Positions 56,101-64,000 of a stretch of DNA of 64,000 nucleotides are shown here, piece by piece (position 1 is the stretch's first letter; each line of letters begins with the position of its first letter). A program made the translations under genes and the position numbers. Where the stretch lies: the IMG/VR virus record IMGVR_UViG_3300017725_001848; one strand, given 5' to 3'. Below the pieces are notes generated by a model, which worked only from the letters and a program-made list of their open reading frames with translations, was not told the origin of the DNA and made no database searches. This DNA is from a virus.

Positions 56101-57370
56101 TAAAGATTGGGACTATCAATGGATAAGTGATAGCGAGATTGTAAATGTTTTTATTCCTAAAAACACTCATTTGTCTAATTGGGAAGAACTAAAACAAAAA
56201 ATACAGTTGCTACAACAAGTAGAGATTGACAATCATATTAATTCAAGTATAGTAAACTTATACAATGATAGAAACATTGCGTGGGTACAGTCAGTTAGAA
56301 AAATGGGTCATAAGTATGCCGCATTTTGGTTTGATGGATGTTGGCCTAAATCAGATGGGATAGAGAAAAAAATATTACAGTTTATAAAGAATTTGGACAA
56401 AGAATGGATTACGGCAGTACATCCTAATTTTCCAGATAGTCTAATGTTACTTAACATAGACCAGTTCAATGCCTGGCCACCTAAAGCACCTAACTTTGGT
56501 AGTTATGATTTCTGGGCCGAAAGGTGGCTAGGCGAACAAACAGTTGAATTAAATCCAACAATATTAAGAAACATAGTTGTATGTGCTCCAAAGACAGATC
56601 CAGTAAACTTCTTAAATGGACTAATGGGTAAAAAATATACAGACCATACAATAACACGTGGTGCTAGAGTAGTGATTAAACGTAAAAATATACCAACTAG
56701 TCCTATATATTTTGTTAATACTGAGCCAGTTAATTCTGGTATTTCTAGTAGATTAAAACACGAAAATTTCCAACAATATGTAGGCACAACCGCAGGTTTT
56801 AAACTGCTATATTTCGCTTTTAAGTACGGTTTTGATATAGACAGTACAAAGTACATCTGGTTTGATTTCGACGCTTGTAGCCTCAAATTTAAGCGTCTAA
56901 TGGTGGAAAATTGGGACGGATCTAACTATCCAGAGTTCGTAAAACAGTTCTGTAAGGATAATCCAGAAGCTAATACAGATCTATTAAAAAATGTGGACAA
57001 GGAATGGTTAAATATTGTTGAAGCATTTGGTGGTGAACATAGTTGGTTAGATTTTTGGACACAAGTTAAACTATGCAAACATGAATATATAGAAGCTGAT
57101 TTAATAAATGATTACCATAAAATTACTAATGCAGTAGATAACGATAAGAGTGCATTTTTTTGGGCCAGTAACATATACAGTTATGTATTATTAAAAGTAA
57201 GAAGTGAACCATTTACATTAGAAAAGAGTTTTGCTGATTTAATTACAGAATTACAAAGAACAAAAAGATGCTGGTTCTTGGGAACAGATGTAGATGACAA
57301 TGAATTAAATTGTGATGTAAGATCGATAATTGGATTCAGTACGAACGATAGTATAGGGAAAGCAATATAA
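56087..57370 (+). CDS. Two-domain hypothetical protein (paralog of 57370-58752)
   Basis: KYAAFWFDGCWP, IYFVNTE, IWFDF, SNIYSY shared with the next ORF. Confidence 0.7.
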   Translation: MKKGDKDWDYQWISDSEIVNVFIPKNTHLSNWEELKQKIQLLQQVEIDNHINSSIVNLYNDRNIAWVQSVRKMGHKYAAFWFDGCWPKSDGIEKKILQFIKNLDKEWITAVHPNFPDSLMLLNIDQFNAWPPKAPNFGSYDFWAERWLGEQTVELNPTILRNIVVCAPKTDPVNFLNGLMGKKYTDHTITRGARVVIKRKNIPTSPIYFVNTEPVNSGISSRLKHENFQQYVGTTAGFKLLYFAFKYGFDIDSTKYIWFDFDACSLKFKRLMVENWDGSNYPEFVKQFCKDNPEANTDLLKNVDKEWLNIVEAFGGEHSWLDFWTQVKLCKHEYIEADLINDYHKITNAVDNDKSAFFWASNIYSYVLLKVRSEPFTLEKSFADLITELQRTKRCWFLGTDVDDNELNCDVRSIIGFSTNDSIGKAI

Positions 57371-58752
57371 TGAAAATAAAAATAAATGAATATAACGACA
57401 TTCCAGTATGTCATATTTCTTTTGATAAGGCATTAATTAAGTATGATGACGATACAAAAGATTCATATGTGTCTACTTTAAAAAATTGTACTAATGTAAA
57501 TATAAACTTTATGGAAAGTTCTATTATAACTGAAATAGAGGACGATGAAATAATTGCAATATTAAGAAGACTAAAAAAGTTAGATTACAAATATGCAGTA
57601 CTATGGGCAGAAGGCAGTTGGCCTCTTGAACCAGAAATAGACGAAGCTATTCTAAAAGCCTTTCATACATATGATAGATGGCTTGTAGCCGGACATATTT
57701 TAAATTTCAAAAATAAAGATCCTAGATTTCATGAACAATGTATAATTGTTAACTTAAAAGAAATTGATAATATTAAATGGTTAACTAAAGATGAAATACT
57801 TAAAAAGAAATATAGAGTAAGTGAAGAGAATATACACGATGATTACACTCCTTATTGGATAAAACCTATAGAAGGAAATGATGGAAAAATTGAACCAGCT
57901 AATATATTTGATAGGTTTTTATGGGTATCATTAAAAGAAGGTTATACAGTATTAAATCTTGACTTTGATATAAGAAGTAAAAAAGTATGTGTGTATCCTG
58001 AAGATGAGCAACAATGGACTCAACTACACGCAAATTTAAAATATTGGAATTCGTTAACTAAACAAAATCAAATAGAATTTGTATATGATTTAAAAAACAA
58101 CGAAGCAGATAAGAAACCTTTGTTTGAGCTTTTGAATTCATCACATAATATGATATATGTTACAAACACAGAAGACGTACCAAACTATGGTTCAAAAGGT
58201 GTTGAAGTATTAGTATGTCCAGCAAGTGGATTATCTCAATTTAAACATATAGCAAATAACCTAGATACAATGGAACAAGTTATATGGGTTGACTTTAGTA
58301 AACCACAAATGGATTGGTTACAAGGACTTATTCATGATTGGAACGGTATAAACTTTAAGCAGTATTATGAAAATAATAAACCTAGTAATTTAAGTTTAAT
58401 TTATGAAGAAAGTAAAGTAGATGATTTTTTTAATAGTTTTGATAGCGAACAAAAATGGCTAGAAGCTTGGTATAAGATTAAAGAATTAGAACATAGCTTT
58501 ATCATAGCAGATATTATAAACTCATATGATGATATAGTATCTGTAGTAAAACCTAATAAGGTAGTATTTTTACAAGTAAGTAATATATGGAGCTACGAAG
58601 CAAATTATTTTGATAGTGGAATGAATGTATACTTCTCTCTAATTGATTATATTCACAAGATTTTGGGTAAATCAAAAAAAGTATATTTTAGTGGAGATGC
58701 AGGAGGAACACACAAAGACATGATAGACATAGGAAGAAGGACTTGGATATGA
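57370..58752 (+). CDS. Two-domain hypothetical protein (paralog of 56087-57370)
   Basis: KYAVLWAEGSWP, IYVTNTE, VCPASG..IWVDF, SNIWSY. Confidence 0.7.
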   Translation: MKIKINEYNDIPVCHISFDKALIKYDDDTKDSYVSTLKNCTNVNINFMESSIITEIEDDEIIAILRRLKKLDYKYAVLWAEGSWPLEPEIDEAILKAFHTYDRWLVAGHILNFKNKDPRFHEQCIIVNLKEIDNIKWLTKDEILKKKYRVSEENIHDDYTPYWIKPIEGNDGKIEPANIFDRFLWVSLKEGYTVLNLDFDIRSKKVCVYPEDEQQWTQLHANLKYWNSLTKQNQIEFVYDLKNNEADKKPLFELLNSSHNMIYVTNTEDVPNYGSKGVEVLVCPASGLSQFKHIANNLDTMEQVIWVDFSKPQMDWLQGLIHDWNGINFKQYYENNKPSNLSLIYEESKVDDFFNSFDSEQKWLEAWYKIKELEHSFIIADIINSYDDIVSVVKPNKVVFLQVSNIWSYEANYFDSGMNVYFSLIDYIHKILGKSKKVYFSGDAGGTHKDMIDIGRRTWI

Positions 58753-59528
58753 GGAAATTTGATAGATACAGAAGTAAAAAAACTGGTTTTCAAAGTGACT
58801 GGTGGGAAAGAGTTGATGATGAGACTCGAGAGCATTTTGATATATGGGAAAACTTTGATAAAAATCCTGCTTCAGCAGATAAAGTACAATTAGATGCATC
58901 AGACGATATAGACTATATTGGAGATAACACACGAGTTCCTTGGGTAAGATTACATGATATAAATGTGCCATGGGGAGATATTAAAAGAGAAGCATATCAT
59001 TTAATGGAAACTGAATGTTTTACAAATCATAGATCTGCAGGATCAGGAGGTTGGATGAGCCTATGTATACACGGTATGAGTAGTGTACATACAAATTGTC
59101 CAGAAGATTATAATATGCCAGACAGGGCAGAAAAAGATTTAAGTGATTGGACTGATATTGCAAAGTTTGCACCACTTACAAAAGAATGGATGCAAGATGA
59201 AATGTTATACGATGATTTTACAAGAGTAAGATTTATGTGTTTGTTACCAGGTGGTTATATAGCACCGCATAAAGATGTGGATAAAGTACCTGGATTGGGA
59301 GCAACAAACGTTGCTATTAATAATCCAGATGGGTGTTCTTTAGTTATGGAAGAATATGGAACTATGCCTTTTAAACATGGAACAGTTTTTAAAATAAATA
59401 CTGGATATAAACACGCAGTATGGAATCGAAGTGATGAACCAAGAATACATATGATATTTGACGGTGGACCGGGTATTGCATTTAAAAAGAAAGTAAACGA
59501 GAATTATGCCAAAATGTTTAATGTTTAA
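58749..59528 (+). CDS. Aspartyl/asparaginyl beta-hydroxylase-family Fe(II)/2OG oxygenase
   Basis: RVRFMCLLPGGYIAPHKD, KHAVWNRSDEPRIHMI. Confidence 0.85.
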   Translation: MRKFDRYRSKKTGFQSDWWERVDDETREHFDIWENFDKNPASADKVQLDASDDIDYIGDNTRVPWVRLHDINVPWGDIKREAYHLMETECFTNHRSAGSGGWMSLCIHGMSSVHTNCPEDYNMPDRAEKDLSDWTDIAKFAPLTKEWMQDEMLYDDFTRVRFMCLLPGGYIAPHKDVDKVPGLGATNVAINNPDGCSLVMEEYGTMPFKHGTVFKINTGYKHAVWNRSDEPRIHMIFDGGPGIAFKKKVNENYAKMFNV

Positions 59529-60552
59529 ACATGGTATGACAATAGGACCAGTAGGAAACGTACGACCTTGTTGTATGTACATGAATGAAGATATAGATCA
59601 AAGATATAACGAATCTGGCTGGCGAGAAAAATTTGATGAATTATATGATAAAAGTTTAGACAAGTGGTTACCTAACTGCTACGAATGTAAAGCAGAAGAA
59701 GACAGAGGTAATACAAGTTTACGAATGGAAGCTAACGAATGGTTTGAAGGTGCAGAAGGAATTCAATATTGGGATTTAAAATTGCACAATACTTGTAACC
59801 TAACCTGTGTAATGTGTAACCCTACAAGTAGCAGTAAATGGCATAATCTAGTAAATCAAAATCCAAATGAAGAATGGTTAAATGTAGTTAAAAATGAAGC
59901 TAAACTTAAAACTGGGTGGCATAAAGATATACTGCCACAAATGATGGAAAATTTATATGATACAAAGTATTTAAAATTTACAGGTGGTGAACCATTTATG
60001 ATTCCACACGTAAGAAAGATTATTAAAAAGTTATATGAAGATGAAGTATCACCAGCAGTACGTTTAAGTATTATCACTAACGGAACTATACCACTTGACG
60101 ATGAGATGCTAAAAATGTTATTATCATTTAAGCAAGTTGTCTTTTTAGTAAGTATAGATGGAATTGAAGATAGATTTGAATATATTAGAGCAGGTGCTAA
60201 ATGGAAAGAAGTATCTGCAAACTTAAAACATTTTCAGAAAATTGCAATGCACAACGACAATTTTAGTCTAACCATAAACTATTTGCCTATGTCAATAAAT
60301 GCGGCACAAGATAAACTAGCTGAACAATGGGCTAAAAGTGAAGGAATACTATTTTCTAAAAGTGTTGAAATATATAGACCAAGCTACTTAACATATCGTA
60401 GCTTGAATAATAGTTTACGAGAAAGATATGAAATAGAAACAAAATATGAATACAACGAAAATGTATATAACGAATTATTAAAACACATGGCTATAAAAGA
60501 TAAATTAATGGGTACAAATTTTAAACTTGCCTGTCCGGAGTTCTTTGAATGA
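59506..60552 (+). CDS. Radical SAM protein with N-terminal twitch-like domain
   Basis: KCLMF..PCC..CYEC; CNLTCVMC; FTGGEP; VSIDG. Confidence 0.9.
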   Translation: MPKCLMFKHGMTIGPVGNVRPCCMYMNEDIDQRYNESGWREKFDELYDKSLDKWLPNCYECKAEEDRGNTSLRMEANEWFEGAEGIQYWDLKLHNTCNLTCVMCNPTSSSKWHNLVNQNPNEEWLNVVKNEAKLKTGWHKDILPQMMENLYDTKYLKFTGGEPFMIPHVRKIIKKLYEDEVSPAVRLSIITNGTIPLDDEMLKMLLSFKQVVFLVSIDGIEDRFEYIRAGAKWKEVSANLKHFQKIAMHNDNFSLTINYLPMSINAAQDKLAEQWAKSEGILFSKSVEIYRPSYLTYRSLNNSLRERYEIETKYEYNENVYNELLKHMAIKDKLMGTNFKLACPEFFE

Positions 60553-61766
60553 AAAAAATAAGTAAAACATTTTGTGTACTTCCGTTCATGCACGCCGCGG
60601 TTAATCCTGGTGGCGGATTCCGTGTATGTTGTAACAGTAACCCTGCAAACAATAAAGTACTAAAAGATGACGGTAGTGGTAAAGCATACAGAATTTTTAA
60701 AGATGATGTTAACGAAATGTGGAACAGTAAATGGATGCAAAATATACGACAAGAATTTATTGATGGTAAGAGACCAGAAACTTGTCAAAGATGCTTCCGT
60801 GAAGAAGATGCAGGTGTTCGTAGTCCACGTATAGGATACAATGAGAAATGGCTCAAAGATGATGTTAAAATAGAAAAAGAGATACCTTTAGACGTTAGAT
60901 ATGTTGACTTAAGGCTAGGTAACTTGTGCAATCTAAAATGTAGAATGTGTAATCCATGGAGTAGTAGTATGTGGGTTAAAGATTGGAACAAAGTTGTACC
61001 AGGACAAACTGGACTAACACCAAACGAACCTTTAAGTAAAGAGCAATTTGATTATATGGAAGTTATGAAAGAATGGCCAGATAGAAAACAAACTGGAGTT
61101 AACTTTGTTGAAATAGCAGAAACAATAGAAGAGATTTATTTAACAGGTGGTGAACCTACGTTAGCAACAAGTCAATATGCATTGTTTGATTATTGCATAG
61201 AAAAAGGAATAGCAAAGAAAATAAAACTAAAGTATAATACTAACCTTACAAATATTCCACAAAAAATGGTAGACTATTGGCATCACTTTAAAGGCGTTCA
61301 ACTTAATACAAGTATTGACGCAACAGGTTCTAGAGATAGGTATATCAGATATCCTAGTAACTGGGCAAAGGTAGAAGAAAACTTTGATAAACTAAATGCT
61401 ATGCCAAATGTATATATTCAGTTGCATTGTACAGTACAAGCATTAAACATGGTTGCTATGAATGAACTATTTGATTGGGTAGCAACAAAGAACTTACGTT
61501 TAGAAGATCAGGTATATTTAAATATTTTAAATCACCCAGAAAATATGAACATAAGAATATTACCAAAACAGTTAAAAGAATTAGCTGAGAAAAAACTACA
61601 AGACTACTTGCATATACCAAAAGTGCAAGATACAATTAATTATATGTGGGCAGAAGATTGGCACGAAAGACGATGGAAGGAATTTATTGATTTTAATAAA
61701 GTAACTGATGAATTACAAAAAGGAAAACTAATAGATGTATGCCCCGAATTTAAGGAGTATATCTAA
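60549..61766 (+). CDS. Radical SAM protein with N-terminal twitch-like domain
   Basis: FCVLPF..VCC..CQRC; CNLKCRMC; LTGGEP; TSIDA. Confidence 0.92.
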   Translation: MKKISKTFCVLPFMHAAVNPGGGFRVCCNSNPANNKVLKDDGSGKAYRIFKDDVNEMWNSKWMQNIRQEFIDGKRPETCQRCFREEDAGVRSPRIGYNEKWLKDDVKIEKEIPLDVRYVDLRLGNLCNLKCRMCNPWSSSMWVKDWNKVVPGQTGLTPNEPLSKEQFDYMEVMKEWPDRKQTGVNFVEIAETIEEIYLTGGEPTLATSQYALFDYCIEKGIAKKIKLKYNTNLTNIPQKMVDYWHHFKGVQLNTSIDATGSRDRYIRYPSNWAKVEENFDKLNAMPNVYIQLHCTVQALNMVAMNELFDWVATKNLRLEDQVYLNILNHPENMNIRILPKQLKELAEKKLQDYLHIPKVQDTINYMWAEDWHERRWKEFIDFNKVTDELQKGKLIDVCPEFKEYI

Positions 61767-61924
61767 TGAAATATAACAAAAGAAACAATAGGGATCCTAG
61801 AGGGATATTTGCTGGAATGGACGAAGAGTTATTTGAAAAACTTAAAAAGTCAATAGGTGTTGCAAAAGAAGAAAAAAAGTTTATAAAGTATAAACCTAAA
61901 AAGAAACCAGGAAAAAGTAAATGA
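61766..61924 (+). CDS. Small Lys-rich protein (not in ORF track)
   Basis: Own translation: MKYNKRNNRDPRGIFAGMDEELFEKLKKSIGVAKEEKKFIKYKPKKKPGKSK*. TAATG and ATGA coupling at both ends; AAGGAG upstream. Confidence 0.6.
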   Translation: MKYNKRNNRDPRGIFAGMDEELFEKLKKSIGVAKEEKKFIKYKPKKKPGKSK

Positions 61925-62478
61925 GAATAATCTGTACAGGTAATCCAGAATTTGGTGTTGCAAAAGAAATAGCACATCGTTGGCCAGAAACTACATTTGT
62001 AAGTAGAACAGGTTGGGGTTACGATTTAACTGAAAATGGTTATAAAAACAAGTTAGCTGAAAAGGTGCTTAATTATGACGTTTTTATTAACTGTTCCGCA
62101 CTATGGCAGTATCATCAAACTCTGGTACTAGATACAGTCTATAAGAACGCTTTAAAGAACCTAAAACGACTACATATTGTGAGTTTAGGCAGTACAACCG
62201 ACAGGACCAGCAAAGGTTCTGATTGGCAGTATCAGCAAGAAAAGAAAGCATTGCGTTCAACTAGCAACGCATTGGGTTTAAAAAGCATTTGGACAGGCGG
62301 TCCTAAAGTAACATATGTAACATTTGGTACACTAGAAAATAATGCACACAAACACCCAGATAGAAAAGTAATGAAATTATCAGAAGCAGTAGATTGTATA
62401 GAATATGCAGTTAATATGCCTTGGCACTTAAACGTTAATGAATTGAGTGTTGACCCAATACAAAAGGATTGGCCTTAA
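61921..62478 (+). CDS. Short-chain dehydrogenase/reductase (atypical, short)
   Basis: ICTGNPEFGVA, FINCSA, SLGS, YQQEK (YxxxK). Confidence 0.7.
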   Translation: MRIICTGNPEFGVAKEIAHRWPETTFVSRTGWGYDLTENGYKNKLAEKVLNYDVFINCSALWQYHQTLVLDTVYKNALKNLKRLHIVSLGSTTDRTSKGSDWQYQQEKKALRSTSNALGLKSIWTGGPKVTYVTFGTLENNAHKHPDRKVMKLSEAVDCIEYAVNMPWHLNVNELSVDPIQKDWP

Positions 62479-63656
62479 TGAGTAAATTTTGTTATATGCC
62501 TTGGCACGCCGTTACATTGAGTGCTAATGGTGATATTAAACCTTGTTGTCAGTTTACCAATAGAGGTAGGAAACCTAATACAGAACATCCTACTATTATG
62601 GAAAACTATAATAGTGAACGTATGCAACAATTAAGACAAGATTTTAGAGATGGGAAACAACCTGATGCTTGTAAGAGTTGTTGGGAGAGAGAAGATTTAG
62701 TTGGCGAAAGTAGACGTCTTTGGTTTAATAAAAAGTTTATGAAGAACAAAGAAGAATTTAAAAAAGGTATTATACCAGATACAAATATTGTAGAGTTTCC
62801 TAAATTATACCAAGCAGATATTAACTTGTCAAATGTATGTAATTTAAAATGTCGTATGTGTGGAAGTTGGGCAAGTAACAGTTGGTTTAAAGAAGAAATA
62901 GCATTAGCAAAGATTGATAAAAGATATCAAAAAAATATTAACGAAGTTCCGTTGCTACAATATAGTCTAGAAGATTTAAGAAACTTACTACCACACTTAA
63001 AAGATGTTATGAGAATAGACTTCAAAGGTGGCGAGCCTATGATGGCAAAACATCACAATCAATTCCTACAATGGTTAATTGAAGAAGGCATGACAGACAT
63101 AGAATTGTTTTATACAACAAATGGTACAGTACAAAATCCTAAAATTTTAAACTTGCTAAAACAGTTCAAACGTGTTAGTATATGTTTTAGTATAGAAGGT
63201 ACTGGTAAACTTTATTCTTATATAAGAGGTGGCAAATATAATATAGAACAGTTGGAAGAAACATTAGCTGAATATAGCAAGTTGGAAAACGTGCAAATAA
63301 TGTTTAATGTAACATTACAAAACTACAATGTATTCAATCTACCAGAGTTGCATAATTTCCTTAACGAATTAGAAGATAAATACCCAAGAGTAAGTGCTAA
63401 TAATAGTTTTACTACTATTTGTAATCAACCTGCTTATTTGAGTCCAATGAATTTACCAGATAATTTAAGAGACCAGGCAGTAGAAAGATTGTCAATTTAT
63501 GATGATTTTAAAAAATTAGTAAAGAGTATGAACAAAAGAACTTTTAATGAAGAACAATGGGACATCTTTATTAATTACACAAAAGATTTAGATAAACTAC
63601 GTGGAGACAATGTAGTTGAAGCAGTTCCAGAACTAAAGGAATACTTTGTATGCTAG
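62478..63656 (+). CDS. Radical SAM protein with N-terminal twitch-like domain
   Basis: FCYMPW..PCC..CKSC; CNLKCRMC; FKGGEP; FSIEG. Confidence 0.92.
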   Translation: MSKFCYMPWHAVTLSANGDIKPCCQFTNRGRKPNTEHPTIMENYNSERMQQLRQDFRDGKQPDACKSCWEREDLVGESRRLWFNKKFMKNKEEFKKGIIPDTNIVEFPKLYQADINLSNVCNLKCRMCGSWASNSWFKEEIALAKIDKRYQKNINEVPLLQYSLEDLRNLLPHLKDVMRIDFKGGEPMMAKHHNQFLQWLIEEGMTDIELFYTTNGTVQNPKILNLLKQFKRVSICFSIEGTGKLYSYIRGGKYNIEQLEETLAEYSKLENVQIMFNVTLQNYNVFNLPELHNFLNELEDKYPRVSANNSFTTICNQPAYLSPMNLPDNLRDQAVERLSIYDDFKKLVKSMNKRTFNEEQWDIFINYTKDLDKLRGDNVVEAVPELKEYFVC

Positions 63657-64000
63657 TAGGTATTGAAGATAACTTTCCAGCTAAAGATGAACTTTTAAGA
63701 GTTGAGTGGAACATAGGTAAACGTTGTAATTATAATTGTAGTTACTGTGGTAACGAACTACATGATGCTACAAGTGATTCTATGCCTTGGGAAGTATACA
63801 CCTCCACTATAGATAAAATTGTAGAAGCATCAAAAGGTAAAAAAATAAAAATAAGTTTTACAGGCGGTGAGCCATTTGTTAATCCAAGGTTTGTTGATAT
63901 GTTAAAGTATGCTAGAGAAAATGGTGTATACAGATGTAGTGTAACAACCAATGGAAGTCCTCCTCCAAAGATATATAAAAAAGCATTGCCATATTTACAT
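63650..64000 (+). CDS. Radical SAM protein, partial (runs off the window; not in ORF track)
   Basis: Own translation: MLVGIEDNF...VEWNIGKRCNYNCSYC...SFTGGEP...VTTNGS. Confidence 0.88.
   Translation, partial: MLVGIEDNFPAKDELLRVEWNIGKRCNYNCSYCGNELHDATSDSMPWEVYTSTIDKIVEASKGKKIKISFTGGEPFVNPRFVDMLKYARENGVYRCSVTTNGSPPPKIYKKALPYLH

Noticed and set aside
338-63951. Most short minus-strand and alternate-frame ORFs in the track
   Set aside because: They are antisense or frame shadows of motif-supported + strand genes, with no RBS or recognisable motifs. Only 48197-49027 has its own space, RBS and family motifs.
37862-64000. Classical RiPP cluster
   Set aside because: I saw no convincing precursor peptide, PqqD/RRE domain or exporter, so RiPP biosynthesis is not claimed. 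The cluster continues beyond the window.
1-64000. Strict periodicity of about 6 kb in the GC3 islands
   Set aside because: A subset (near 0.1, 6.7, 12.0, 18.3, 24.4, 30.2, 36.5, 43.7, 49.7, 56.9 and 62.1 kb) looks evenly spaced, but other islands (13.2, 16.6, 23.0, 34.4, 38.8 kb) break the pattern. Selection by eye is biased; an autocorrelation test is needed.
1-64000. tRNA genes, CRISPR arrays, introns/inteins, stop-codon reassignment
   Set aside because: Intergenic gaps are too short and show no cloverleaf or repeat-spacer pattern. Known proteins are of normal length. TAA, TAG and TGA all end genes at expected positions.
1-64000. Bacterial chromosome or eukaryotic giant-virus origin
   Set aside because: Shine-Dalgarno sites, sigma70 and T4-like late motifs, tight operons, near-single-strand coding and T4-type RNase H and clamp-like genes fit a large bacteriophage. 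Capsid and terminase genes are not in the window, so this remains an inference.

Overview
This is a 64 kb, AT-rich, densely coded segment of a large lytic dsDNA bacteriophage (T4-like or jumbo type). The host is probably a Gram-negative, possibly marine, proteobacterium; that is inferred from the host-like IscU, MetK, glycine-zipper and autotransporter genes. Every credible gene except one (48197-49027) is on the + strand, and the standard genetic code fits. I saw no tRNA, rRNA, CRISPR array or integrase. Contents: (1) Replication and nucleotide genes: putative sliding clamp, RNase H, DEDDh exonuclease, Tdk, ThyX, MazG-like, purine PRTase. (2) A 7-deazaguanine DNA-modification module (TGT/DpdA-like, T-fold DpdL/QueD-like, FolE, with QueE 7 kb away) interleaved with a GT-B glycosyltransferase and GalE, starting directly behind the clamp gene. 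(3) A QueE-IscU-SufE-MetK-flavodoxin operon. (4) Envelope-targeted genes behind consensus sigma70 promoters, some sharing a palindromic operator. (5) A roughly 26 kb enzyme cluster running off the right edge. It holds 11 radical-SAM genes (2 more lie at 2.9-5.1 kb), 2 amidinotransferases, an aaRS-like ligase, a PLP enzyme, 3 Fe(II)/2OG oxygenases, a nitroreductase, an SDR, an MTA/SAH nucleosidase and one virion-like protein, mostly behind a (A/C)TAAATA late-type motif. The best candidate for an undescribed system is a self-supplied radical-SAM modification factory: the phage encodes its own SAM synthesis, Fe-S assembly, electron donor and 5'-deoxyadenosine removal, plus at least 13 SPASM/twitch-type or related radical-SAM enzymes of unknown target. 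The second candidate is a clamp-coupled, possibly glycosylated 7-deazaguanine DNA modification. All family calls come from motif recognition by eye; no database searches were run.
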